The position numbers were made by a program, and so were the translations under genes. 64,000 nt of DNA, from positions 1 through 64,000 of the IMG/VR virus record IMGVR_UViG_3300029305_003800; one strand, 5' to 3'. This stretch comes from a virus. Taxonomy: Duplodnaviria > Caudoviricetes. Of the stretch, positions 49,312-58,724 are shown one piece after another; positions within the stretch are counted from its first letter, which is position 1, and each line of letters opens with the position of its first letter. The notes below the pieces were generated by a model. It was not told the origin of the DNA. It saw only the letters and a program-made list of their open reading frames with translations, and did not search any database.

Positions 49312-49716
49312 ATGGAAGAAATTAAAAACTATACGGAAGAAGAAATTGCAACTATGAAAAAGGAATTGGCAGAACTCAGTTTGTCAATGAAAGAGAGCAA
49401 TTTGAAGAAGAAAGAATTTACAAATAAACTTGATTTACAAAAGGAAAGATTCAAAGAACTAGCAGATATTCTTGGTGTAAATGAATATCATGATGAATTT
49501 GTAAAGGTTACAATCACAGAAATTGATAAATCATTTTTGAGAGAAGATGAAACATTAGATTATTTAAGAAAGAATAATCTTACAGAGTATATTCATACAA
49601 AAGAATTCTTTGATTATGCAGAACTTGAAATGGCAGCCGTTCAAAAGAAAATTAAACCACAAGATCTTGCACAATTTAAGGAAGAAAAATCAGAGAGAAG
49701 AATTAATATAAAATAA
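49312..49716 (+). CDS. Hypothetical protein (coiled-coil N-terminus)
   Basis: GGAGG before ATG 49312. Confidence 0.6.
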   Translation: MEEIKNYTEEEIATMKKELAELSLSMKESNLKKKEFTNKLDLQKERFKELADILGVNEYHDEFVKVTITEIDKSFLREDETLDYLRKNNLTEYIHTKEFFDYAELEMAAVQKKIKPQDLAQFKEEKSERRINIK

Positions 49717-49729
49717 TTTTGGAAATCTC

Positions 49730-49758
49730 TTGTCTTTTGTCTTAAATAAGAGTAAAAT
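49730..49758 (+). promoter_or_regulatory. Sigma-70-type promoter TTGTCT-N17-TAAAAT
   Basis: Resembles the CTCTTGCCTTTT promoters; precedes the structured leader. Confidence 0.55.
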
Positions 49759-49807
49759 TAGTATTATGAAGTTAAAATAGTGAAAATAGTAACATTTTAT
49801 CATAATA

Positions 49808-49940
49808 GGCTCTGTATTTGAATTTGCCTCTTCAAATACAGAGAAAGAATTCAATACAGAGTCTTTAATTAGACTATACTGGATTATCCTGAGGCAACAC
49901 GAAAGTGTAGAAATAATTTGGTATAGTCTTTTTATTTTAT
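49808..49940 (+). ncRNA. Structured leader RNA / attenuator upstream of replication operon
   Basis: 13-bp perfect stem 49810-49843, alternative partner 49848-49863, terminator-like stem 49871-49929 plus U run, 7-nt loop complementarity. Confidence 0.55.
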
Positions 49941-49957
49941 TTTGGGAGAACTTTTAT

Positions 49958-50248
49958 ATGAATATTAAGGATTATGAAAATAAATTAAAAGAAAATAAAA
50001 TAGATGTAGTTGATTTTGGGATCACACAAGCATACTATATAAAAACTAATTTAGGAGTGATTCATATAAACAAAGAAGGAATTATCACATCTATTACAGG
50101 AAATGATAATACTAGAATAAAACTATGTGAGATATTTAATTATCCTACCCAAAGAACAAAGAAAAGATGGGAATATAAAGTTGATTACTTAGAAAGTAGA
50201 ATAGCATATTTAGAACAATTACTGAAATCAAATAACATTCAATACTAA
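49958..50248 (+). CDS. Hypothetical protein
   Basis: GGGAG RBS. Confidence 0.55.
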   Translation: MNIKDYENKLKENKIDVVDFGITQAYYIKTNLGVIHINKEGIITSITGNDNTRIKLCEIFNYPTQRTKKRWEYKVDYLESRIAYLEQLLKSNNIQY

Positions 50249-50298
50249 AATTACACCTATTGGTGAAATCACCAATACCTATTAATCAGGAGGAAATT

Positions 50299-51363
50299 AT
50301 GAATCAAAATAGAGATTTTAAGGGAGTTTGGATACCAAAAGAAGTCTGGTTAGATGAAAGATTAAATATGCTAGATAAAGGTATTCTGATGGAAATTGAT
50401 AGTTTAGATAATGGAAAAGGATGCTATGCAAAAAACGAATATTTAGCAAAGTTTTGTCAATGTAGTGAGTCTAAAATATCAGAAACAGTTAGTAAGTTAA
50501 TAAAACTTGAATATATAAGATTAGAAAACTTTGATGGCAGAACAAGAATTCTTAAGTCAAATCTTAGATACAGTAATCTGCCTACTATTTTTAACAAGTC
50601 TGATAACAATTATTCTGATGAAAATAAGTCTGCCTGCTATAATATAGGCACTAATATTAATATGAATCAATTAGATCCTTCTATAGAAATAGAAGTCTCT
50701 AATAAAGATTCAATTAATAATATAATAAATAATAAAGAGAGAGAGCAGTTTGCTGATGCAAACAGCACACATACTATTAAAATAAAAGATGAAAATACTG
50801 TTAAAGAAATTACTAAAAATGAAAATAAAGAATTAAATGTAGAGGCAGACTCATTGTTTGATGTATTTAGTTCAGGATATAAAGGAGACACAAGTCAAAG
50901 AGCAAGACTTAGACAAACAATGAATTCAAATGGCACAGTAGCAAAAGAGTTATTTGATTATTGGAATAGTAAAAAACTTAGAGTGCATCATCAATATCAA
51001 TCTCATTACTTAGAAAGATTAGATAAGTATTTATTGACAAATACAATTGAAACACTATATAAAGCAATAGATAATTATGAAAAAGTTCAACATGATAAAG
51101 AATTCTTTTGGGATTATGTATGGGACTTACAAGATTTTATAGATATAAAACAAAAGAGATATGAGAGATTTTTAGATGGTGGAGATATTTGGGATAAGTA
51201 TAGAGCAGGAACAAAAGATCAACAAGCATTTAGAAGAACGGCATTCCATAATGAAGAATACAATAAAGCAAGAGCAGAAGGAAAAAGTCTAAAAGAATTA
51301 GACGATAAAATTGCAAAAGAACAAGAGGAATGGCGAAAGAGACCTGATGTAATTCACTTATAA
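50299..51363 (+). CDS. Replication initiator (N-terminal winged HTH)
   Basis: [16 protein letters not shown]...K.IL.EIDSL..GCYA.NEYLA; upstream of DnaC-like gene. Confidence 0.75.
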   Translation: MNQNRDFKGVWIPKEVWLDERLNMLDKGILMEIDSLDNGKGCYAKNEYLAKFCQCSESKISETVSKLIKLEYIRLENFDGRTRILKSNLRYSNLPTIFNKSDNNYSDENKSACYNIGTNINMNQLDPSIEIEVSNKDSINNIINNKEREQFADANSTHTIKIKDENTVKEITKNENKELNVEADSLFDVFSSGYKGDTSQRARLRQTMNSNGTVAKELFDYWNSKKLRVHHQYQSHYLERLDKYLLTNTIETLYKAIDNYEKVQHDKEFFWDYVWDLQDFIDIKQKRYERFLDGGDIWDKYRAGTKDQQAFRRTAFHNEEYNKARAEGKSLKELDDKIAKEQEEWRKRPDVIHL

Positions 51364-51384
51364 TAAAATTGATGGAGGAAATCA

Positions 51385-52089
51385 ATGGACAACAAAGATT
51401 ATACATATGAATTTGACTTAGATTTATGTTGTTGGAAGAATGTCTGTGGTATAAAGAATACAAGTCATTGTAATGTGACATGTCCTAGATATTCTAAGAT
51501 GCACTATTTGTTGGGTAACAGTTTATTACCAAAACAATGGTGGTATCCGAAACCATTTGATACATATGAAACACATGTAGATTATGAAGCACATTTAAGA
51601 TGTTTTAAGATTAAGAATGAAATTGTAGATTTTGTAGAGAAGGGAAAACAACTAATAATTTATGGAAAGAATTCAGGATCTGGAAAGACACACATTTCAA
51701 CAAGATTACTATTGTCCTATTTTGGTAAAATATGGGAACTTACTTCATTTAGACCACGAGGATTGTTTATAGATGTTCAAAAATTATTTGATGAATCAAA
51801 GAAATTTAATTCAGATTATAAAGAATTTATAATGGCAAATATATCTACAGTAGATTTAGTAGTGTGGGACGATTTAGGAGTAAAAGATTCAGTTGGCGAA
51901 AAGAATATGGATATTTTATTCACCATGATAAATGAAAGAGAATTAAATGGCAAAGCAAATATATTTACAACAAATAAAAATTCAGAAGAGTTATTTGACT
52001 ACTTAGGTGAACGATTATACAGCAGAATAGTTAGATCAGCAGAGACCATAGAGTTCAAGTCACAAGACAACAGGAGGTTGAAAGCATGA
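51385..52089 (+). CDS. DnaC/IstB-like helicase loader ATPase
   Basis: Cys-rich N-terminus, GSGKT, LVVWDDLG, IFTTN, RLYSRI. Confidence 0.85.
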   Translation: MDNKDYTYEFDLDLCCWKNVCGIKNTSHCNVTCPRYSKMHYLLGNSLLPKQWWYPKPFDTYETHVDYEAHLRCFKIKNEIVDFVEKGKQLIIYGKNSGSGKTHISTRLLLSYFGKIWELTSFRPRGLFIDVQKLFDESKKFNSDYKEFIMANISTVDLVVWDDLGVKDSVGEKNMDILFTMINERELNGKANIFTTNKNSEELFDYLGERLYSRIVRSAETIEFKSQDNRRLKA

Positions 52090-53411
52090 TTGAGGTTCAA
52101 GTATTATGTGCGTGTTTGGATAGAAAAGACTTTTCATTTTTAAGACTTAACGATATTGATGAGCAATACTTCCCAAATTATAAAGAAGAATATAAATTTA
52201 TTGAAAATCATGTTAATAAATTTGGTAATGTTCCAGATAAGGCAACATTTATAGATAAGTTTAGAGAATTTACATTTGAAGAAGTGTATGAAACAACAAA
52301 TTATCTTGTAGATAAAATCCGTGAAGAGCATATATTTAATATTTTTGCACAAATGTTAAATGATGTTGCTAAGAAATTGAAGAATGGTGAAGACTCTCGT
52401 GAAGTCGCATCTTATATGATATCTAAAATTCCTGATTTGCAAAAGAAACTTAATTTTGAAGCAACAGATTTGATTCATAATTTTGAGTCAAGATATAAGA
52501 AATATGAAGAAAGATCATTAAATCCAGAAAAAGCATTCTTCAAATTTGGTATTCCAGAACTAGATGCAGTTACGGGTGGTATAGATAGAAATGAAGATTT
52601 AGGTGTTATTTCAGCATCTACAGGACAAGGAAAATCATGGTGGGCAATATTTATAGGATTGTCAGTAGCAAAGCAAGGATATAAAGTGGGATATTATGCA
52701 GGAGAAATGTCAAAAGATCTCGTAGGTTGGAGAATTGATACAATGCATAGTCATATATCAAACTTTGCGTTAACTAGAGGAAATATTCATATAAAAGATG
52801 ATTATAAACATGCTCTTGAAGATTTAAGAAAGAATACTACAGGACAATTTTGGTGTGCGACTCCTGAAGATTTTGGAGACGCACCAACAGTTGCAAAATT
52901 AGGAGCATTTATTGAGAAATTTGATTTGGATATGCTTATTGTAGATCAGTTATCTTTAGTTAAAGACTCGGGTCCAATGAAGAAAAGAGATGAAGCATAT
53001 GCAAACATTTCAAAAGATATGAAACTTTTACAAGTAAGAAAAAGAATTCCTATTTACGAGGTGTCTCAATTAAATAGAGGAGCATCTGCTAAGGATGTTG
53101 TAGATCCAGGAACAGAACATATGGCAGGATCTAATAGAATATCAGAAGATGCCACATTGGCATTATCTATAAAGCAGAAACAACCAAATACACTAGAGAT
53201 AAGAATAATGAAGGGAAGAAATGTTCCTGCTGGAAGTAAGTTAACATACAATTGGAATATAGACACATTTAATTTAGTATATGTAAAAACAGAAGATGAT
53301 GTGTATACAGAACACTTAAAGAAACTAGAAAAGAAAGGTATAAAACAAGATCCACAACCAACAGAAAAAGAAGTATATAAAGATAATTATGAAGGAACAG
53401 ATCCATTTTAA
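52086..53411 (+). CDS. Replicative DnaB-like helicase
   Basis: ASTGQGKS, GEM, IVDQL, SQLNR, KGRN. Confidence 0.9.
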   Translation: MIEVQVLCACLDRKDFSFLRLNDIDEQYFPNYKEEYKFIENHVNKFGNVPDKATFIDKFREFTFEEVYETTNYLVDKIREEHIFNIFAQMLNDVAKKLKNGEDSREVASYMISKIPDLQKKLNFEATDLIHNFESRYKKYEERSLNPEKAFFKFGIPELDAVTGGIDRNEDLGVISASTGQGKSWWAIFIGLSVAKQGYKVGYYAGEMSKDLVGWRIDTMHSHISNFALTRGNIHIKDDYKHALEDLRKNTTGQFWCATPEDFGDAPTVAKLGAFIEKFDLDMLIVDQLSLVKDSGPMKKRDEAYANISKDMKLLQVRKRIPIYEVSQLNRGASAKDVVDPGTEHMAGSNRISEDATLALSIKQKQPNTLEIRIMKGRNVPAGSKLTYNWNIDTFNLVYVKTEDDVYTEHLKKLEKKGIKQDPQPTEKEVYKDNYEGTDPF

Positions 53412-53419
53412 GGAGTATT

Positions 53420-54385
53420 ATGCTAAGAGTAGGAAATAAAGTGGTCAAGGCAACTGTAACTGAGATTTTAGAAAGATTTAGAGAATATGCATTTGACCAC
53501 GATATCAAATGTTTTAATGAAATTCATTTCAAAGGTTCAGATATACTTGTAACTTGTCCTAATAGAAATCACAAAAATATGTGTGAGAGAAATCCTAGTT
53601 GCTATATAGCAAACAAAGATATAGGAACAGTAAGAGAAGGAACAGTCCACTGCTTTAGTTGTGGATATAAAGCATCTCTTGATTATACATTAAGTCAATG
53701 TATGGGAATAAGAGATGATGGTGAGTGGGGCAGAACTTGGATTTTAGAGAACTTTATAAATTCAGATGAGTTTTCAAGAGATATAGAAATAGATTTAATA
53801 GAAACAAAAGAAGAGCAACACTTCATAACAGATGCAGAATTAGATCAGTATAGATACAATCATCCATATTGGCAGAAAAGAAAAATTGATGAAGAAACAA
53901 TGATAAAATTTGATTTAGGATATGATAGATATTCAAAATCAATTACAATGCCATGTTGGGATTATCAAGGAAGATGTATAGGTGTAACAAAAAGAAAAGT
54001 GTCTTCAAAATGGTTTTATATTCCAGAGGGAGTCACCAAACCAATTTATTTAATGAATTATGCACTTAAAGAGGGATGGAAAGATATTTATCTATGCGAG
54101 AGTCAAATAAATGCTCTTTACATGAATAGTTTAGGTTATCATGCTTGTGCATGTTTTGGAACAGGTTCAGAAGAACAAGCGAGAGACTTAAATAGATTAG
54201 GAATAAGGTCTATTGTGTTTTGTTTTGATGGAGACAATCCAGGAAGAATTGGTAGAGAACGAATGAAAAAACAATTATCAAATAGAATAATATGTAGTTA
54301 TATAGATTTACCAGAAGGAAAAGATATGAACGATTTGAGTCCGGAAGAAGTCCACCAAATTGTTAAGACGGCAAAATTATTTTAG
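53420..54385 (+). CDS. DNA primase (Zn finger + TOPRIM)
   Basis: CP..H...NPSC, HCFSCG, CES..NAL, FDGD.PG, KDMND. Confidence 0.9.
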   Translation: MLRVGNKVVKATVTEILERFREYAFDHDIKCFNEIHFKGSDILVTCPNRNHKNMCERNPSCYIANKDIGTVREGTVHCFSCGYKASLDYTLSQCMGIRDDGEWGRTWILENFINSDEFSRDIEIDLIETKEEQHFITDAELDQYRYNHPYWQKRKIDEETMIKFDLGYDRYSKSITMPCWDYQGRCIGVTKRKVSSKWFYIPEGVTKPIYLMNYALKEGWKDIYLCESQINALYMNSLGYHACACFGTGSEEQARDLNRLGIRSIVFCFDGDNPGRIGRERMKKQLSNRIICSYIDLPEGKDMNDLSPEEVHQIVKTAKLF

Positions 54386-54399
54386 AAAATTAAAAAAAC

Positions 54400-54441
54400 T
54401 CGTCTGATCCTCTTGCCTTTTTTCGGTAAAAAGAATATAAT
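54400..54441 (+). promoter_or_regulatory. Sigma-70-type promoter, copy 2 of the 42-bp repeat
   Basis: TTGCCT-N17-TATAAT; matches 38973-39014. Confidence 0.8.
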
Positions 54442-54484
54442 AGTAGTAGATGGTAGGAAATCATCTGAAAGGAGAATTAAAATT

Positions 54485-55345
54485 ATGTTAGAAACTTACA
54501 AACAATTCAAAAGAGCAACAGAAGACAAGTATGTTGCAAAGACTAATGAAGAATTAGTTGAAATCTACAAAGGTGCAAAGATGGAATATGAAAGATCTCA
54601 ATCTATTGGAGCATTATTTGTAAAGAACTTCCCACAAATAATAAAGATTACAAGTAAATATGATTATTTGGAATCATCAGAAAAAGCAGGAAGAGTAGCA
54701 TTAGAATTAGTAAAATCATTAGAAGAATATAATGGCGAGACTAAATTCATAACCTACTTAACCACAAGAATAAATAATTTGTTTTTATGGGATTTAGGAA
54801 GCAATGGAAAGAAAATAAAATTCTTTAATGAGATGGAAAGCATAAGTCAACACGAATGTTTAGATAAAGATGGTCATTTTTCTTCAAATCAAAATGAGCA
54901 TTACATGCAAATTGAAGATAAATATGAAACACAAAGATATAAAGCAATAGAATTAAGAATAAACATAGAAAAGGCATTTGAAGATGAATTAAATTCTTAT
55001 GCTGGAACATCAGAATATAGTAAACAAAAGAAAAGAATTGAGTTTAATAAAACAGTTTTAGAAATATTATCTGAAGATCCATCTTTGTGTGCATCACAAA
55101 TAGCACGAAAAATGGGACTATTTAGAAAGAAAGAAGAATATGAAGAAAGACAATCTGCACCAGATGTAGAAATTATAGTAAAGAAAGATGAAAACGGAAA
55201 TGTTGTAACAGATAAGTTTGGCAGAGTTATGTTAGAAGAAAAAGTTACAACATTGGTAAGAAAAGCGAATTGGAATAGAGTTCAAAAGGCAATAAGAGAA
55301 ATTCGCGAAATGTTTATAAATTATAATGTTTGTTCAGAACTTTAA
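54485..55345 (+). CDS. Sigma-like transcription factor
   Basis: TNEELV, region 2-like Y...TKFITYLTTRINN, HTH ASQIARKMG..NRVQKAIREIR. Confidence 0.6.
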   Translation: MLETYKQFKRATEDKYVAKTNEELVEIYKGAKMEYERSQSIGALFVKNFPQIIKITSKYDYLESSEKAGRVALELVKSLEEYNGETKFITYLTTRINNLFLWDLGSNGKKIKFFNEMESISQHECLDKDGHFSSNQNEHYMQIEDKYETQRYKAIELRINIEKAFEDELNSYAGTSEYSKQKKRIEFNKTVLEILSEDPSLCASQIARKMGLFRKKEEYEERQSAPDVEIIVKKDENGNVVTDKFGRVMLEEKVTTLVRKANWNRVQKAIREIREMFINYNVCSEL

Positions 55346-55429
55346 TATTCTAATAAAAGTTTGAGGTAATGGATGAATTCATTATAATAAAGTAGAGCCA
55401 AAAATAATGTATAAGGAGGACATGAAGTA

Positions 55430-56266
55430 ATGTCAGTAAAATTAAGTGGCGAAAGCATGCAAAAGAAAGAATCTAATTTTGAATTTGGATTCTTCAAATT
55501 GGAGAATAATCATGACAAAGCAATAGTAAGATTTCTCCATGAAGACTATGAGGACTTTAGCAGGAGACCAGTCCATTATGTTAAGGTTCCAGATCAGAAA
55601 TACAGAGTTGCAATCAACTGTTTAAGAGCAGATGATCAACCAGCAGATGTGTGTCCATTCTGTGCTTGTGATGTAGATACAAGCATCATAGGAAAAAGAA
55701 GCAAGAGAATTTATATTGAATTCCTTGTATATAAAATAATGGACAAAAATGGTAAAGTATTAAAAGATTATACTGAAGAACCAAAAAGAATGGTGTGGGA
55801 AAAAGAAAGAAAGTTTGACGATAAGATTTTCTCATTAACATCAAGATATCCACATATTTGTGACACAGTATTCCAAGTGGAAAGATTTGGTGAGAAAGGA
55901 TCTACAGAAACAACTTACGATATTTATCCTATTAACTTTGATCCAAAAGATTATCCATTTAATCTTCCAGAAAAATTGTATGATCCAGATGGAATTCAAG
56001 TTAAAGATAAAACAGCAGATGAAATGAACTATTATATTGAAAATGAATACAAATTCCCTCCAACCTCAGAAGATGATGGCGAAGTAGTTGAAAGAAGAAG
56101 AGATGTGGCTCAAAACTCTACTCCAGTTCAACAAACAGAACCAACAGTTGTAAGAGAAGAACCAGTTCAATCACAAGTTGTTCAACCTCAACCAGCATCC
56201 GTAGAACAACCAGTTCAACAAGAACCAGTTGCTCAACCAGCAGTGACTAGAAGAAGGAGTATTTAG
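55430..56266 (+). CDS. Single-stranded DNA-binding protein (gp32-like)
   Basis: FFKL....KA.VRFL, CL..CPFC, R.G.KGST.TTY; between primase region and polymerase. Confidence 0.7.
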   Translation: MSVKLSGESMQKKESNFEFGFFKLENNHDKAIVRFLHEDYEDFSRRPVHYVKVPDQKYRVAINCLRADDQPADVCPFCACDVDTSIIGKRSKRIYIEFLVYKIMDKNGKVLKDYTEEPKRMVWEKERKFDDKIFSLTSRYPHICDTVFQVERFGEKGSTETTYDIYPINFDPKDYPFNLPEKLYDPDGIQVKDKTADEMNYYIENEYKFPPTSEDDGEVVERRRDVAQNSTPVQQTEPTVVREEPVQSQVVQPQPASVEQPVQQEPVAQPAVTRRRSI

Positions 56267-56268
56267 CA

Positions 56269-58674
56269 ATGTATGAAATATCTTTATTTGAAGACATAAA
56301 TCCAAGAAGTTCAAGAGATACTGATAAGAAATTAACAAGTAAATTGAGCGATAAGAAACCATCTTCAATTAAAGGTAACACAATAAGAGATAAGATGGAA
56401 CTTATACAAAGAGAAGTAGAGAACCACTTATCTTTTTTATTTGATGTTACAGAAGAATGCAGATCGGAAGAAAGATTATCAAATTGCGTTGATAATTTTA
56501 CACAGCAAGATAAAGGAACAGTTGATACAGAAACATTAGGTGTTGACTACTTTAACGACAAGATATTTGGATTTTCACTTTATGCAGAAGGAGATAAGTC
56601 AATTTATATTCCAGTATTACATAAGGGAATGGTCACAGGACAATTATTAGATGATCAATTAGAGAAGTCTCAAATAGCAAAACAATTAGAGCGAATAAAA
56701 AACTCAAATACAAAATTATTATTCCACAACGGAAAATTTGATTTACACATGATATATCATAATTTTGGAGTTATGCTACCTATATATTGGGATTCAATGA
56801 TTGCTTCAAGATTATTACACAGTTCAGAGAAAGATCATTCACTTAAATATCAATATGCAGTTAAAGTAAAAGGTGAAACAGGAAAGTCATATAATTTTAA
56901 GAGTTTGTTTGATGGAGTGCCACCAGAAATGGTTCCTATTAAAACAATGACTCCATATGCTGCAGGAGATACATTTGAAACAATGGCATTACAGGAATTC
57001 CAGGAAAAAGAATTCAAAAAGTATCCAGGTATATATAAAGTATTTCAATTAGAAATGAAATTATTACCACTTCTGATAGAGATGGAAGAAAATGGTGTGA
57101 GCATTGATAAAGAACAATTAGATTACATGACAGAAAAATATACTAAAAAACTGCAGGATGCAATGAATGGTTGTTATAAAGAACTAGAAAAATATCAGGA
57201 TAAATTAAATAGATTTAATTTACAACATCCAGGAAAATTAAGTAATCCTGTAAATCTTAGTAGTCCACAACAATTATCTATTATACTTTATGATATTATA
57301 GGGATGGCAGAATTACCTAAATATAAGAGAGGAACAGGAAAAGAAGTCATCAAGGTATTTAAGGAAAAGAATGAATTCTGTAAAAGATTGGCAGAAGTAA
57401 AAGAAGTAGAAAAGTTAGTTAATGGATTTATAAAATCAATTCCAAAATTTATTAGAGAAGATGGAAAGGTTCATTCAGATTTTGTTCAAGTAAAAGGGAC
57501 AGGAAATACTTCTGAAGAAGATGAAGAGTCCGGAGCAGATACAGGTCGTTTTAGTTGTAAGGATCCAAATCTACAACAAATTCCAGGTAGAGGAGAAAAG
57601 TCAGAATTAAGAAAAATGTTCTGTGCAAGTCCGGGATATGTTATGTTTTCAAGCGACTATTCGCAGCAAGAACCTCGTATGTTGGCACACTGCAGTCAGG
57701 ATAAGGAAATGTTATCAGCATATAGAGAAGGAAAAGATTTATATGCTCTTATGGCATCAAAGATATATCATAAAACTTATGAAGAATGTCTAGAATTCTA
57801 TCCAGAAGGAACTAAAATAATTATAGATGGTAAAGAAGTTATCTGTGGAAAGAAAGAACACACAAACAAAGAAGGAAAAGCAAGAAGAAGTGCAACTAAG
57901 GCAGTGCTGCTCGGATTAATGTATGGCAGAGGACAAGCAAGTATCGCAGAACAGACAGGTTCAACTGTTGAAGAGGCAAAAGAACTTATTGACACATTCT
58001 ATAACGAATTCCCAAATGTTAGAAAATGGATGACAAAAGTTGAAGAAGATTGTAGAAAGAATGGATATGTAGATACTATATTTGGAAGAAGAAGAGAACT
58101 ACCAGATGCAATGTTACCAGAATATGCATTTAAGAGTAGAGGTGGAAAACCAAAAGGATTTAATCCTCTTGACTTTTCAATGACAGCAAGTAATGAGTTA
58201 GATTTTACTGTGGATGAAGAAACACAGAAATATTATATAAACAAATTACACAAAGCATTTGGATGGAAAGCAAAAGACGAAATAATTCAACAAGCAAAAG
58301 CAGAAGGAATAGAAATAAAAGATAATAGTCAATATGTAGCAAAAGCAATGCGACAAGCAGTTAATTCAACAATTCAAGGTGGAAGTGCTGATATGAGCAA
58401 GTTAGCCATGTTGAAATGTTATGAAAATGAAGAGTTAAGAAGATTAGGATTTAGAATTCTATTCCCTGTTCACGATGAAATTATTGCTGAAGCACCAAAA
58501 GAAAATGCAAAAAGATGTGGAGAGTTAATGGCACAGTTAATGGTTGAAGCAGCAGCAGAAATTTGTCCATCAGTTCCTTATAAATGTGATGTAGAATATT
58601 TTGTAAATTGGGCAGGAGATTCATTGGACTATAATGAAGAAACAGGAGAGTGGTATGTAAAGGACTCTCATTAA
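56269..58674 (+). CDS. polA: DNA polymerase family A with 3'-5' exonuclease
   Basis: DTET, HNGKFD, YAAGD, TGRFS..PNLQQIP, DYSQQEPR, KAVLLGLMYG, IQGGSAD, VHDE. Confidence 0.95.
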   Translation: MYEISLFEDINPRSSRDTDKKLTSKLSDKKPSSIKGNTIRDKMELIQREVENHLSFLFDVTEECRSEERLSNCVDNFTQQDKGTVDTETLGVDYFNDKIFGFSLYAEGDKSIYIPVLHKGMVTGQLLDDQLEKSQIAKQLERIKNSNTKLLFHNGKFDLHMIYHNFGVMLPIYWDSMIASRLLHSSEKDHSLKYQYAVKVKGETGKSYNFKSLFDGVPPEMVPIKTMTPYAAGDTFETMALQEFQEKEFKKYPGIYKVFQLEMKLLPLLIEMEENGVSIDKEQLDYMTEKYTKKLQDAMNGCYKELEKYQDKLNRFNLQHPGKLSNPVNLSSPQQLSIILYDIIGMAELPKYKRGTGKEVIKVFKEKNEFCKRLAEVKEVEKLVNGFIKSIPKFIREDGKVHSDFVQVKGTGNTSEEDEESGADTGRFSCKDPNLQQIPGRGEKSELRKMFCASPGYVMFSSDYSQQEPRMLAHCSQDKEMLSAYREGKDLYALMASKIYHKTYEECLEFYPEGTKIIIDGKEVICGKKEHTNKEGKARRSATKAVLLGLMYGRGQASIAEQTGSTVEEAKELIDTFYNEFPNVRKWMTKVEEDCRKNGYVDTIFGRRRELPDAMLPEYAFKSRGGKPKGFNPLDFSMTASNELDFTVDEETQKYYINKLHKAFGWKAKDEIIQQAKAEGIEIKDNSQYVAKAMRQAVNSTIQGGSADMSKLAMLKCYENEELRRLGFRILFPVHDEIIAEAPKENAKRCGELMAQLMVEAAAEICPSVPYKCDVEYFVNWAGDSLDYNEETGEWYVKDSH

Positions 58675-58724
58675 AAGTTATTGAGATGTGATTTTAATTC
58701 ATTATAATATTATAGGAGGAAAGA

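Noticed and set aside
49889-49915. Hammerhead ribozyme (CTGA..stem..GAAA)
   Set aside because: Core reads CUGAGGCA rather than CUGANGA and I find no stem III or cleavage triplet; kept only as a structured leader.
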